64,000 bases of DNA from an uncultured virus (IMG/VR IMGVR_UViG_3300044506_000040) (lineage: Duplodnaviria; Heunggongvirae; Uroviricota; Caudoviricetes). Below, piece by piece: positions 31,155 through 40,433 of this stretch. Positions within the stretch are counted from its first letter, which is position 1. Every line of letters begins with the position of its first letter. The notes under the pieces were generated by a model that worked only from the letters and a program-made list of their open reading frames with translations, ran no database searches and was not told where the DNA came from. Where the stretch lies: IMG/VR virus record IMGVR_UViG_3300044506_000040; one strand, given 5' to 3'. The position numbers were made by a program, and so were the translations under genes.

Positions 31155-31191
31155 AAAGCGTACCTCGGGTTAGCCTGGGGTACGCTTTTTA
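31155..31191 (+). terminator. rho-independent terminator
   Basis: aaagcgtacctcggg-ttag-cctggggtacgcttttt. Confidence 0.75.
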
Positions 31192-31213
31192 TTCCCTCAA
31201 CTCAAAATCCGCT

Positions 31214-31690
31214 ATGCACATCAATCCCAGTCTGACGGGTCCGCAGAACATCATCGCCTATACGACGAACCCTGCGTTCACTGCACCGATGGATCCGAAC
31301 AACGTCAAGTGCGGTACTCCCCTTCCCTTCCCTCCGCCGAGTGGCTACCGTGAGATTCCCGGTGTCAACGTGGACGGCGCAAACAGCAACACGATGATCA
31401 TGGTCTATGTAACGGACCTCGTGGAAGACGTCAACGAAGACGGCTGCAACCAGACGATCATCTACCAACGTAAGGCACTCAGTGCACTCGTTCCCGCCAA
31501 CCCGAGCGTGACGGTGCATGCCAATACGAAGGGCGTGTTGCTGCTCGAAGCCATCGCCATGCAACTCGGTCTTGTGGCCACGGAATTGCAATTCGGCACC
31601 TCCATTGTTGGTACCGCTCAAATTGCTCCGATTGCGAACTCGGTACTTTATCTGCCGGGTCCGATTACGGTCACCCTCAATACCAATTGA
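31214..31690 (+). CDS. paralogue of the 30198 protein (no repeat tail)
   Basis: MHINPSLTGPQNII...YQRKAL...LGLVATEL...ANSVLY. Confidence 0.65.
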   Translation: MHINPSLTGPQNIIAYTTNPAFTAPMDPNNVKCGTPLPFPPPSGYREIPGVNVDGANSNTMIMVYVTDLVEDVNEDGCNQTIIYQRKALSALVPANPSVTVHANTKGVLLLEAIAMQLGLVATELQFGTSIVGTAQIAPIANSVLYLPGPITVTLNTN

Positions 31691-31718
31691 TAATCGCGAT
31701 TCAAAATAGGTTCAGACC

Positions 31719-31726
31719 TATATCAC
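31719..31726 (+). promoter_or_regulatory. candidate early (vRNAP) promoter TATATCAC
   Basis: Resembles the phiKZ early consensus TATATTAC; intergenic at the start of the accessory block; repeated at 33078. Confidence 0.5.
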
Positions 31727-31815
31727 GCCCTTGACCTCGATCCCCAAATCACCGAGTGTCATGGGCAGTAGTGCCCTGTAGTTATAACCAACCAAACCAA
31801 AAAGGAACAGTAATC

Positions 31816-32586
31816 ATGTCGATCAAGAAAGCAGTTCTCCGTAAGCTGGGTGTGGCCGTTTCCGTTGACCGTAACGAAGTCGGTGAAATGGATGTGCTCG
31901 TGCACAAGGAAGCACGCCACCACGCCGCACACGGCTACATCGTCGCATCGAATCGCGCCCTGAACATCAAGGGCGGTACCGTCGCCGTGGTCCTCCCGGA
32001 CTTCGACGAAGCACCGCTGCTCACGCCGCGCTTCATGCTCGATCTGCAAGAAGCACTCCACGCGAAGGGCTGGACGCTCTCGCACGTCGCCGCCTGGGAA
32101 GGTGTGCAACACTTCACCGCGCAAGGTCCGTCGGGCAGCGATGAACATGCCACGGCCTACAACGTGACGCCGTCGGATCGCATGGAAAGCGTGTCGAGCC
32201 GTCCGCACGAGATCATGCGTGAAGACGCTGACGTTCCGGCGTTCCTGCGCAAGTCGCCCACGGTGAACCTGCAAGAGCTCGCTCGCGCGCATCGTCCGAC
32301 GGGCGAAGGCGTGCTGCGTTTCCCGCGCCGTGAAGACGGCCTGAACCGTCCGCTGTTCAGCGACAACCCGAACGTCGCTCGCCTGGTCGAAGCTGCGCAA
32401 CAACGTGTCGCCGATCTCGACGACATGGCACGTGAAGCTGCAAAGGTGCGCTTCGAAGCAATCGCCAGCAACGCACTGTCGACGGGCCAAAGCCACGAGT
32501 ACATCCGTGACAAGCTCGAAGTCGCAGTGAACGTGATCATCGGCGCGCACGAGCAGACCGACGCCGCAACGGCCGTCCAGCACTAA
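31816..32586 (+). CDS. hypothetical protein
   Basis: AAAGGA SD; MSIKKAVLRK...; strongly biased codons. Confidence 0.75.
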   Translation: MSIKKAVLRKLGVAVSVDRNEVGEMDVLVHKEARHHAAHGYIVASNRALNIKGGTVAVVLPDFDEAPLLTPRFMLDLQEALHAKGWTLSHVAAWEGVQHFTAQGPSGSDEHATAYNVTPSDRMESVSSRPHEIMREDADVPAFLRKSPTVNLQELARAHRPTGEGVLRFPRREDGLNRPLFSDNPNVARLVEAAQQRVADLDDMAREAAKVRFEAIASNALSTGQSHEYIRDKLEVAVNVIIGAHEQTDAATAVQH

Positions 32587-32657
32587 ACGGCATAGGCGGG
32601 GGAGCGAAGCGCTCCCCTGTCTGTCTCGCAACTATACTAAACCAAAGAAGGAACAAC

Positions 32658-32948
32658 ATGCTATTCGATTTCATCTTGGGGCATCGCGATGACCGTTTTC
32701 AGGTGGCTGTTAACGAATCGATGGATCCGAAGCAAGCTCATGGTTCCGCTAGCGTTGTGGATCCTCAAGGGCATCATCGGTCTTTGCATTTCCAGGTTTC
32801 GCACCCGACGCGTATCAAGCGTCCGACGACTGATCAAGTGAAGGATCTGTTCACCCAACTCAACATGCTCGGCTACCAAGCCGAGACTGTCTTCATCGGC
32901 AAGGGTCATGCCAAGCGCGCGTTCCGTCGCAGCGCCGCCTTTGCCTAA
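32658..32948 (+). CDS. hypothetical protein
   Basis: AAGGA SD; 96 aa. Confidence 0.7.
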   Translation: MLFDFILGHRDDRFQVAVNESMDPKQAHGSASVVDPQGHHRSLHFQVSHPTRIKRPTTDQVKDLFTQLNMLGYQAETVFIGKGHAKRAFRRSAAFA

Positions 32949-32985
32949 CCGGCTGTTCCATCCGCGAAGATGACACGCGGAGTTT

Positions 32986-33036
32986 GAGGGGTGGGGCGAC
33001 GATAGGCGCCCCTTGGTACCAGCCCCTCTTTTTTTG
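32986..33036 (+). terminator. branched rho-independent terminator
   Basis: gagggg...ggggcg-acgatagg-cgcccc...cccctc followed by a T-run. Confidence 0.6.
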
Positions 33037-33077
33037 GCTATTTCTAGGGAGGAAAAGAACCAAACCAAAAATACTGA

Positions 33078-33085
33078 TATATCAC
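33078..33085 (+). promoter_or_regulatory. candidate early promoter TATATCAC
   Basis: Second copy, in AT-rich intergenic DNA. Confidence 0.5.
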
Positions 33086-33179
33086 TAACTTAGTCTCTGA
33101 GTTAGACATTTTGTCTTTCTGAGATCAGAGTGTTTTTTACTTCCCTGCGCGATCGTGTGCAGGAACTCTCCTTACGACA

Positions 33180-33524
33180 ATGGAGTCTATGATGCCTGAA
33201 CTGAATGGCGAAGCCGCCCGCCAACTCAAGAAAGACGAACTGCGCAAACAGTTCAAGATTGACCCGACGGCTTTCCTGCGCCAGCTGGCTGCGGCTCACG
33301 TTCCCCTGGGCCAACCGCCGGCTGCCAACACGCACCTGCTGACCTGGGCCGGTGGTCGCCCGCATGACCACAGCCTCTTCGATGGTTCCATCATCGAATC
33401 GCTGCTCGATTACATTCTCGAGCTGGAAGAAAAGATCGCAGAAGACATTCATGGCTTCCGCGAAAAGAGCCTGAAGCACATCACGGAAAAGCGTGAGCTG
33501 AGCGGCTTCGACAAAGCGCAGTAA
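33180..33524 (+). CDS. hypothetical protein
   Basis: 114-aa ORF (start may be 33189). Confidence 0.7.
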   Translation: MESMMPELNGEAARQLKKDELRKQFKIDPTAFLRQLAAAHVPLGQPPAANTHLLTWAGGRPHDHSLFDGSIIESLLDYILELEEKIAEDIHGFREKSLKHITEKRELSGFDKAQ

Positions 33525-33547
33525 TCCTCAATCGGAAACAGTGAACA

Positions 33548-34477
33548 ATGAGCCAGAACCAAGAAAAGAAGTTCCACACGAAGTACCCCGCCTTCATCGT
33601 CGGTATCGACACCAAGGCTGTCGTCGAGATGGGCCTCACGCCCAACTGTCTCGATAACAAGCCCTGGTGGTGGTTCGAAGACAACGGCGCGGCCCTCGGC
33701 CTCTCGGACGAAACGCCCAACAGCAAGCTCGTGAACAGTCGCATCGTTCTGCGTCAGCGCAATCGCCTCGAAAGCGACGAAAGCGTGTTGCAGATCCTGC
33801 CGTACACGATCATCGGCTGGCTGGGCGCGGACAACGACGCGACGAAGGTCTCGACGTACTACCGCGTGCCGGGCGCCGGCGAGCAACGCCTCGATGGCAA
33901 GAGCTCGATCGGCTGGGGCGGTCACATCGAGTACGAGGACTTCAGCTGGATGGCCAACGGGGATCTCGATCTCTACAACACCATCCTCACGAACCTCGGT
34001 CGCGAGCTCGAAGAAGAGTGCATCTTCATCGACACGCGCACGGGTTCCGAAGTTCACGTGTGGAGCATTCTCGACCACAAGGAAGCGCTGAAGTTCCGTG
34101 GGTTCATCCACGACACGGCGAACTCCGTGGGTCGCACGCACCTGGCCGTTGTTCACTTCCTGGAACTGCCGGCTTACATCTCCGTCAAGAAGAAGGAGAA
34201 CGTTCACCTCGACGGTCCGGTTCGTTCGCTCAACGAGCTCAACGAGCACAAGGCCGAGTACGAGCCGTGGTCGCGCATCATCATCGAAGATCACTTCCTG
34301 CGTGCTGAAGCAGTGTACGAGAACATGTCGGCGCATCAGTCGCAGATCGAAAACGCGCAATACCATCGTCTGGCAGTCGCTGCTGGCCAGTCGGAAGTCG
34401 TTGAAACGCCGGCCAATGTCCTGCACGAAACCGTGCTCGGCGCGACGCTGCGCGAACACTTGGCGAAGCCCGAGTAA
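33548..34477 (+). CDS. NUDIX-superfamily predicted phosphoesterase (COG4112-like)
   Basis: LESDESVLQILPY, YYR...GEQRLDGKSSIGWGGH, RELEEE, VGRTHLAVV, YEPWS. Confidence 0.8.
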   Translation: MSQNQEKKFHTKYPAFIVGIDTKAVVEMGLTPNCLDNKPWWWFEDNGAALGLSDETPNSKLVNSRIVLRQRNRLESDESVLQILPYTIIGWLGADNDATKVSTYYRVPGAGEQRLDGKSSIGWGGHIEYEDFSWMANGDLDLYNTILTNLGRELEEECIFIDTRTGSEVHVWSILDHKEALKFRGFIHDTANSVGRTHLAVVHFLELPAYISVKKKENVHLDGPVRSLNELNEHKAEYEPWSRIIIEDHFLRAEAVYENMSAHQSQIENAQYHRLAVAAGQSEVVETPANVLHETVLGATLREHLAKPE

Positions 34478-34505
34478 GCCCCTGTGAAGGTGGTCCTAGA
34501 ATGCT

Positions 34506-34928
34506 ATGCAGTACGAAGAGGATGCGAGAAGCATCCCTGGGACCACCTTTTTAATCATGGGGCGTATCGTGGCTACAACGGTACATTTGCAGGACCTTCC
34601 GCTCTCTCCAACGTGTAAGAGTCGGTTGAGGAAGTTAAGTCATAACGGTCGCTATCAGCTGTTGTTTCAGGCGAAGCGAGTCGAGGGACAAATCCAGATC
34701 TTGGTTTGGCGGGTTTCCGGCAAATACCAATTTACGGAGGAAGCCCGTAAGTGTGTCCCGAAGTTACTGCTGCCGACTCTGATTCTGTCAGAGGAGGATC
34801 TCTTTTCCATCGGCGAAGACCACGTCGTAATGGATGAGGAAGATGAAGGCCTTGCACCGCATGAAGTACCCGGGTTCATTTCCCTGCGGCGCGAGTTTGA
34901 CAGTGATGTCTACTACAACCACGTTTGA
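34506..34928 (+). CDS. hypothetical protein
   Basis: 140-aa ORF with AT-richer codon use. Confidence 0.55.
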   Translation: MQYEEDARSIPGTTFLIMGRIVATTVHLQDLPLSPTCKSRLRKLSHNGRYQLLFQAKRVEGQIQILVWRVSGKYQFTEEARKCVPKLLLPTLILSEEDLFSIGEDHVVMDEEDEGLAPHEVPGFISLRREFDSDVYYNHV

Positions 34929-35413
34929 GCAGCACCTCTAAAACCAACATGAATATCGCGGGACTGAAGGACCTCGTCCACGGGGCGTTTTTGAATTCGA
35001 AGTTTATGACCAATGGTCAGAAGCTTCCCGAGATTGACTTTAGCCAACCGGTACACTTCGAAGTGACGGCGCTGAAGAACAGCGGTCTGGTTGCCTGCAT
35101 CCAGATCGAGGACGATAAGGTAGTCGACGCGAGCGACGCCTACGTGCGTATCCATTCGTTGCAGATGGCACCGGACTGCATCTTCCAAAACACGATCGTC
35201 GGACTGCTCAAAGAGTGTCCACTGACCAGTGTCTTGCTGGAAGGCACCGAGAAGATTCGCATCTCGATTACGGGCTTCACGGCCGTCGGTAAGAAGCCCT
35301 ACCGCCGCCCCGAACTCGACGTGATCAGCGATCCTCAGCGACCGGTGATGCATCGACGTCTGCAAGTGGATCACACGTACCTGATTCAAGAAAAAGATCT
35401 GGAGCCGGCGTAA
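34925..35413 (+). CDS. hypothetical protein
   Basis: 162-aa ORF (start may be ATG 34949). Confidence 0.65.
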   Translation: MSSTSKTNMNIAGLKDLVHGAFLNSKFMTNGQKLPEIDFSQPVHFEVTALKNSGLVACIQIEDDKVVDASDAYVRIHSLQMAPDCIFQNTIVGLLKECPLTSVLLEGTEKIRISITGFTAVGKKPYRRPELDVISDPQRPVMHRRLQVDHTYLIQEKDLEPA

Positions 35414-35426
35414 TGCCAGTCATTTG

Positions 35427-35458
35427 AAGCGGGGCTTCGGCTCCGCTTTTATGCCGTC
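35427..35458 (+). terminator. hairpin + TATGCCG element
   Basis: aagcgggg-cttcgg-ctccgctttt-atgccgtc. Confidence 0.7.
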
Positions 35459-35537
35459 GTTATGTGGTTTGGGTAGAATTTATTAAACGGGCCTACGTTA
35501 TGGAACAAGCCTATACACTACAACCACTTAGAACCAA

Positions 35538-36299
35538 ATGAACCACATCATCAGCACCCTTGACCTTTTGAACCCGCAACTGCACAGCAAGAAGTTCGCC
35601 CTCTACCCCGGCCAGTTCTGGAGCGTGGAAGGTCCTGACGGCAGTGGCAAGTCCACGATCGTGCCGCATCTCGTGCAATGCGTGCGTGCTCACGGTATTG
35701 AACCCGTGGTCGTGCGCCAGCCTGGCGGCAGCCCCTACGCCGAGAAGATCCGTCACCTGGTACTCGGTACCGAAGACACGGGTGAACCGGTTCAACACAT
35801 TGCCGAAGCGCTGCTCTTTGCAGCCGCACGCGCGCAGTGTCTGGAGTCGATCATCAAGCCGGCCATGCGTGAAGGCAAGCTGGTGATTGCGGACCGCTGG
35901 TTCGATAGCAACTACGCGTACCAGGGTGCGGGTCGCGGTCAGCTGAAGGAAGTCGAGATGCTCGAAGAGATCGTCGAAGGCAACTTCAAGCCGAACATCA
36001 CACTCTTCTTGAAGATCCCGCTCGCAGTCGCACAAGCGCGCTTGGCCGGACGCGTGAAGGAATTCAACCGCATGAATGCGGAAGAGATGATGTTCAAGCA
36101 GCGCACGTTCGAAGGCTACGAATATCGTCGTCAGATTGGTGGGGCACGCATGATGGATGTGAACGCCAACCAATCGGTGGAGCAAGTGTTTGCGGAAGTG
36201 AGCGAGCTCGTCAGCACCAAGCTGATGCCGTACTTCGAAGCGCATCAGGCGATGTATAAAGCGCAGCACGCGCTCTACCCGTCGCTGATGGGGGTGTAA
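35538..36299 (+). CDS. tmk: thymidylate (dTMP) kinase
   Basis: EGPDGSGKST P-loop, RQPGG, EALLFAAARAQ, IADRWFDSNYAYQG. Confidence 0.92.
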   Translation: MNHIISTLDLLNPQLHSKKFALYPGQFWSVEGPDGSGKSTIVPHLVQCVRAHGIEPVVVRQPGGSPYAEKIRHLVLGTEDTGEPVQHIAEALLFAAARAQCLESIIKPAMREGKLVIADRWFDSNYAYQGAGRGQLKEVEMLEEIVEGNFKPNITLFLKIPLAVAQARLAGRVKEFNRMNAEEMMFKQRTFEGYEYRRQIGGARMMDVNANQSVEQVFAEVSELVSTKLMPYFEAHQAMYKAQHALYPSLMGV

Positions 36300-37021
36300 T
36301 GCCAATCGATAGCGTATTCTGTTTTGGGGCGGCAGCGGGGATACTTCTGACCGTCCTCATTTTCTTGCCCATCTTGTTGCGGCATAGACCTAAGACGCCG
36401 GACTGTCCAACCGAGAAGGACTGGAAGATCACGATCAGCAACATGACCCGTCGCAAAGCGATGGGGCTGCTCGGCGATCGCCCAGAGAATCGGGTGGAGG
36501 GGTTCGTCGTCGCGTTCCCGGGCGCTCAACGTGTGGCGCTCGTGTACCAATCGGGAGTCCGGTGGCTTGAACCCGCAGAGATGTGGGAAGTCATGCATCC
36601 GACCCCCGCGGACGTGGCGGCCCACCAGGCCGTAATGGCTGCTGCACAGGCAGCCAATCTCGTCCACCTTACCACCCCTGTACCCGAGGGTGTGGATTCC
36701 CTTGACCATGTGGCAACTTTACTTGAGGAGAATAATCCGGAGTACTGGTATCAATTGCGTTTTGATTTTCTAAAGATTCGATCGGTAGCTGATACGATCG
36801 AAGATCTCAAAGAGCTGTCCGGTCTTACTGCGCAACAAAAGGAGTGCGTTGACCGAGCGGCTATCTGGCTGTCGGGGCTGTCAGAAGTAAACGATGCTTG
36901 GTGGCAGGACTTCATCAAGTACGTTGATACCTTAACAACTCAACCGGAGCATGAACAGACTCGGGAGAGTCTGATTGAGTTGGTGTCACGCGTCATCGCC
37001 CATCCGGCAGACGCAATGTAA
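36299..37021 (+). CDS. hypothetical membrane-anchored protein
   Basis: N-terminal hydrophobic segment; TAATG coupling. Confidence 0.65.
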   Translation: MPIDSVFCFGAAAGILLTVLIFLPILLRHRPKTPDCPTEKDWKITISNMTRRKAMGLLGDRPENRVEGFVVAFPGAQRVALVYQSGVRWLEPAEMWEVMHPTPADVAAHQAVMAAAQAANLVHLTTPVPEGVDSLDHVATLLEENNPEYWYQLRFDFLKIRSVADTIEDLKELSGLTAQQKECVDRAAIWLSGLSEVNDAWWQDFIKYVDTLTTQPEHEQTRESLIELVSRVIAHPADAM

Positions 37022-37067
37022 CATTAGGTGTTTTGGAAGCTCGCAGCATCTTCCTGGAGAGGATAAG

Positions 37068-37304
37068 ATGATTTCTAAAGCAGAACTTAAACACGGCTCT
37101 TATTACGCTGGTCAATCGAAGGGTGCAGCTATCGCGCGTTGGAATGCGCAGCAAGGTCTCTTCTTCGCTCGCCGTGGCAATGGTCCGATTGTGGACTTTT
37201 ACCTGCATCCCCAGGACAGCGTGTCACTCAACGGAGCGGACACGTTCCGGCCGTATCGGGAAATTATCGACTCGTCGGTAGACATCCCGATGTCGTATAC
37301 GTAA
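37068..37304 (+). CDS. hypothetical phage protein
   Basis: GGAGAGGA SD; MISKAELKHGSYYAG...IARWNA. Confidence 0.65.
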   Translation: MISKAELKHGSYYAGQSKGAAIARWNAQQGLFFARRGNGPIVDFYLHPQDSVSLNGADTFRPYREIIDSSVDIPMSYT

Positions 37305-37316
37305 TTAGGAGTTGCG

Positions 37317-37775
37317 GTGATCATCAAAGAACAACATGGGGCTTATGTCATCAAGCTCGGAATGATGGGCGATCAAGCCAACGAGGACATCGTCTATAAA
37401 CCGCAGTGGTTCTACGAGCATCTGTCTGATGTGACAGCACGGGTGCGCCGGAACCACGTGGTGGCCGAGTTGAACCCAACGCACCAGGGCCGTAATCAGA
37501 AGCAGTTGCTCACGATCAACGGTTTAAACGCGTTCGGCCTTTTCACGGATATCGGCACCCAACAGTTGTCGGGGGAAGATGATCTCCAGATCGTTGGTAC
37601 GTTGAAGCTTGCTGGACCGCATGCTCAACTTGTGCAGGCCATGTTTCAAAATGACCCGCTCGCGTTGACGTGGCAGTTTCAAGCACGGACCATGATTCGT
37701 CGTCAAGAAGGACGACGTTTGGTTCCCATCGTGGATAAGGTGATCACGTGGGATCTTCATCCTAAGTACAACTAG
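37317..37775 (+). CDS. degenerate prohead-protease-like protein
   Basis: AELNP...GTLKLAGPH...FQAR...VITWD aligns by eye to the T4 gp21/phiKZ gp175 pattern but lacks the catalytic His and Ser. Confidence 0.5.
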   Translation: MIIKEQHGAYVIKLGMMGDQANEDIVYKPQWFYEHLSDVTARVRRNHVVAELNPTHQGRNQKQLLTINGLNAFGLFTDIGTQQLSGEDDLQIVGTLKLAGPHAQLVQAMFQNDPLALTWQFQARTMIRRQEGRRLVPIVDKVITWDLHPKYN

Positions 37776-37807
37776 GAAAACAGAATTCAAACAAAAGGAG
37801 TCTCACC

Positions 37808-38206
37808 ATGAGTGAAGATAATCCGCATGTGTTTCAAGGCGGGTGGCCTGGCGTCCTCTCAATCGGCGAAAGTACCTTCCAACCCAACCTCGTCATCCAG
37901 ACCAACGACAGCAAACCGCTGGTCGTGATCTCGCCTGACGGGAAAGTGGAAGTGACCGATCCCGACAAACTCGATCAAGCAGCGCTCGCCTTCTGGGCTG
38001 CGGTACAAGAGCGCTTCGATCGCGAAAATCCCCACGTGGTGCGCAAGCGCGGCGTGAGTGAGTTCATGACCATCTGCATGGGCAAGGTGGACTGGACGCA
38101 GAATAACAAGCTCGCCACGTACTTCGCCCGTAAGGCGGATGCGGACGAAGCAGCCATCGGTCTGGACGCGGAAGTGGTACCCGCGCGTCTGGCCATGGTT
38201 TTCTAG
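37808..38206 (+). CDS. hypothetical protein
   Basis: AAGGAG SD; 132 aa. Confidence 0.7.
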   Translation: MSEDNPHVFQGGWPGVLSIGESTFQPNLVIQTNDSKPLVVISPDGKVEVTDPDKLDQAALAFWAAVQERFDRENPHVVRKRGVSEFMTICMGKVDWTQNNKLATYFARKADADEAAIGLDAEVVPARLAMVF

Positions 38207-38216
38207 GAGCCACTCA

Positions 38217-38462
38217 GTGGATTCAAGCGACATTGCAGCCGCCGTCATCATGGGGTGGCTTCTCGCCTTCATCGTGATCACGCTCTTTGCTTTCATGCGT
38301 GGTCGTCGCCTGAAGATGAAGTTTCATCATCGCATCTATCCCCACTCGTACTACCGCGTTCGCCGCAGCTATCATCGTCGCCGCTACCTCCTCACTCTCT
38401 TCATGAGTGTGGTGGTGGCGTTCGCCGTGAATTATGTCTGGCGCGTTTGCATATACCAATAA
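38217..38462 (+). CDS. small two-TM membrane protein
   Basis: AGGAG SD, GTG start; two hydrophobic helices flanking an Arg/His/Tyr-rich loop. Confidence 0.55.
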   Translation: MDSSDIAAAVIMGWLLAFIVITLFAFMRGRRLKMKFHHRIYPHSYYRVRRSYHRRRYLLTLFMSVVVAFAVNYVWRVCIYQ

Positions 38463-38523
38463 CCAAGGAAAAACATGCATCGGCAATTTCGTACTGCAAC
38501 GGTTGATCTCATGGAGGTCAGCC

Positions 38524-39114
38524 GTGGCTTTTGAAACTATTCGTGTCAAACGGAGTCGCCGGCGCTATCGGCAGATCCAGGCGATGACGCATTACATCGT
38601 CGAGAAGCGTACCAAGGCGCAGCGTGAAGCCGCCAAGGAGTATGCGAGTCGCTTGGCCATTGTGACTGTCGTGAAGATCGTGATGGGTGCTGACCTCACA
38701 GAGGAGGAACGTGCCGCTGATCTCTCGCATTTCGTCTACAGGGATCCAGATGCACACAACTACGTCCACCGCGCTCTGAAGTATCTCACGCCGGCATTTA
38801 GCGAAGAACTTAAGACGATCACCGTCGGACATCCACTCCTCGTTAATGATGAGTTGGATAGATGGATCTGGCGTCGTTTCGAGCTGGTCAAACAGCTGGA
38901 GGACGGTGTCACGAATTATGCAGCTCCTTGGTCAGCGACCGCAGCCGAGTACGGCTTTGATCCGATCCATATTGCGAATACCACCAACCGCGATACGCGC
39001 GCATGGCAATTGCGCAAGAACCTGCCACCGGAAGAACACGCGCGAGAGGTGCATCAATCACGCTCGCGCTGGGAGCGCTTCATGCGCTGGATGGCGGGTA
39101 AGAACTACCGATAA
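38524..39114 (+). CDS. hypothetical protein
   Basis: GGAGG SD before GTG 38524. Confidence 0.6.
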   Translation: MAFETIRVKRSRRRYRQIQAMTHYIVEKRTKAQREAAKEYASRLAIVTVVKIVMGADLTEEERAADLSHFVYRDPDAHNYVHRALKYLTPAFSEELKTITVGHPLLVNDELDRWIWRRFELVKQLEDGVTNYAAPWSATAAEYGFDPIHIANTTNRDTRAWQLRKNLPPEEHAREVHQSRSRWERFMRWMAGKNYR

Positions 39115-39128
39115 CCAAGGAGTACGGT

Positions 39129-39608
39129 ATGAGAATTCTGCACATCGACGCTCTGAAGCGTATTATGCTGACGAACCCCAAGTCGCCTTACGCAATTGCG
39201 ATGGAGGAGACCAAGAAGCAATGGAAGGTTCACTTTGGTCGCGAGTTCGATCCGGCGAAGGATAAGCTGCCCGATCCCATTCCCACGACGTACAACTCGT
39301 ACTGGAAGAATGACGAGACGGGCGAAGAAGGCATCGTGGGCATCAACTGCCACATCCTGGAAGGTCACGGCAATGCCCAGATCTTCCTCGTGGACCTCGC
39401 CATCGAAACCGATGTGCCGAACTTCTACATGCCCGCCTACAACGTGCCAGTCGTGTTGCTCGAACCGGTACGGGACTCGGCGTACGACGGCCGTATGCAT
39501 CTCGCAGAAGCCGATCACCGCTTTGACATCGAGCGCATCTCCACCCCGCGCTTGAAGGACCGCCTGCAAGTCATTCAGGGCGGCAAGAAAGACGATAACC
39601 AAGGATAA
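39129..39608 (+). CDS. hypothetical protein with C-terminal LQVIQGG motif
   Basis: AAGGAG SD; 159 aa. Confidence 0.7.
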   Translation: MRILHIDALKRIMLTNPKSPYAIAMEETKKQWKVHFGREFDPAKDKLPDPIPTTYNSYWKNDETGEEGIVGINCHILEGHGNAQIFLVDLAIETDVPNFYMPAYNVPVVLLEPVRDSAYDGRMHLAEADHRFDIERISTPRLKDRLQVIQGGKKDDNQG

Positions 39609-39612
39609 CGAA

Positions 39613-40401
39613 ATGGGCAGTTACCGTGAGGTGAAGAGCCTCAGTGAAGTCAATCCGCTGGTCGATGGCGACTTCACGTATAACCACTCGATGTACCTCA
39701 GCGACTTTCACATGAAGGTCTTCTTCGAGCGCCTGTTCGGAGTCACGTTCCGGAAAGCCTACACCAAGGTGGCGGCGCAAGGTGATGGCCCGGACGCTCG
39801 TACCGCTGACCTGTCGTTGAAGCTCAATGGCGACAATGTCATTCTCTTCAAGATGAACGACGAAGCCATTGAATTGCTGACGAGCGACTACGCGATTCTC
39901 ACGCTACATAAGCCGCCGCTACCAGCGACTAGCGTCGCCGCGCTGAAGCAGACCGTCTCGACCCTGAACGACTCGTATGTCGTGACGCTCACCAAGCTCG
40001 ATCAGAAGAACAAAGCGGGCGTGTTCGTCTCACGTACGCGTGTCGAAGAACTGTTGCCGAAGCTCAATGCGCGTGGCCTGTATTCGGAATACGGTCACCC
40101 GATGAAGTTCCCGGCGATGGGCAATGAAGAATGGATGCGGCGCATGATGACGATCGAACTCGATCACACGTGCTGCCGTCTGTCGCAGTTCCGTATCGAG
40201 CAGATCGATGGTGAGTGGGCGCTCACCGCTGTCGCGACTCCCGCGGGTTACTTCCGGGATGCCTTCATGGCGATGATGGAGCAAAAGCCGACACAGGGCC
40301 GATGGTCCCTGCGCTGCATCTCCGCTGACACCTTTATCGATAACATCATGCATCGCGAGCTGCGTGACATTATCACATTCGACTTTATCGACAACAACTA
40401 A
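39613..40401 (+). CDS. prohead-protease-like protein (gp175/gp21 fold) with N-terminal extra domain
   Basis: LYSEYGHP...RMMTIE...PAG...WSLRC...IITFDF. Confidence 0.65.
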   Translation: MGSYREVKSLSEVNPLVDGDFTYNHSMYLSDFHMKVFFERLFGVTFRKAYTKVAAQGDGPDARTADLSLKLNGDNVILFKMNDEAIELLTSDYAILTLHKPPLPATSVAALKQTVSTLNDSYVVTLTKLDQKNKAGVFVSRTRVEELLPKLNARGLYSEYGHPMKFPAMGNEEWMRRMMTIELDHTCCRLSQFRIEQIDGEWALTAVATPAGYFRDAFMAMMEQKPTQGRWSLRCISADTFIDNIMHRELRDIITFDFIDNN

Positions 40402-40433
40402 GCTGTACCGGACCATAGAACCAACGAACCAAC

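Noticed and set aside
39129..39608. SspB orthologue
   Set aside because: Only the tail motif is similar; the SspB core motifs are not recognisable
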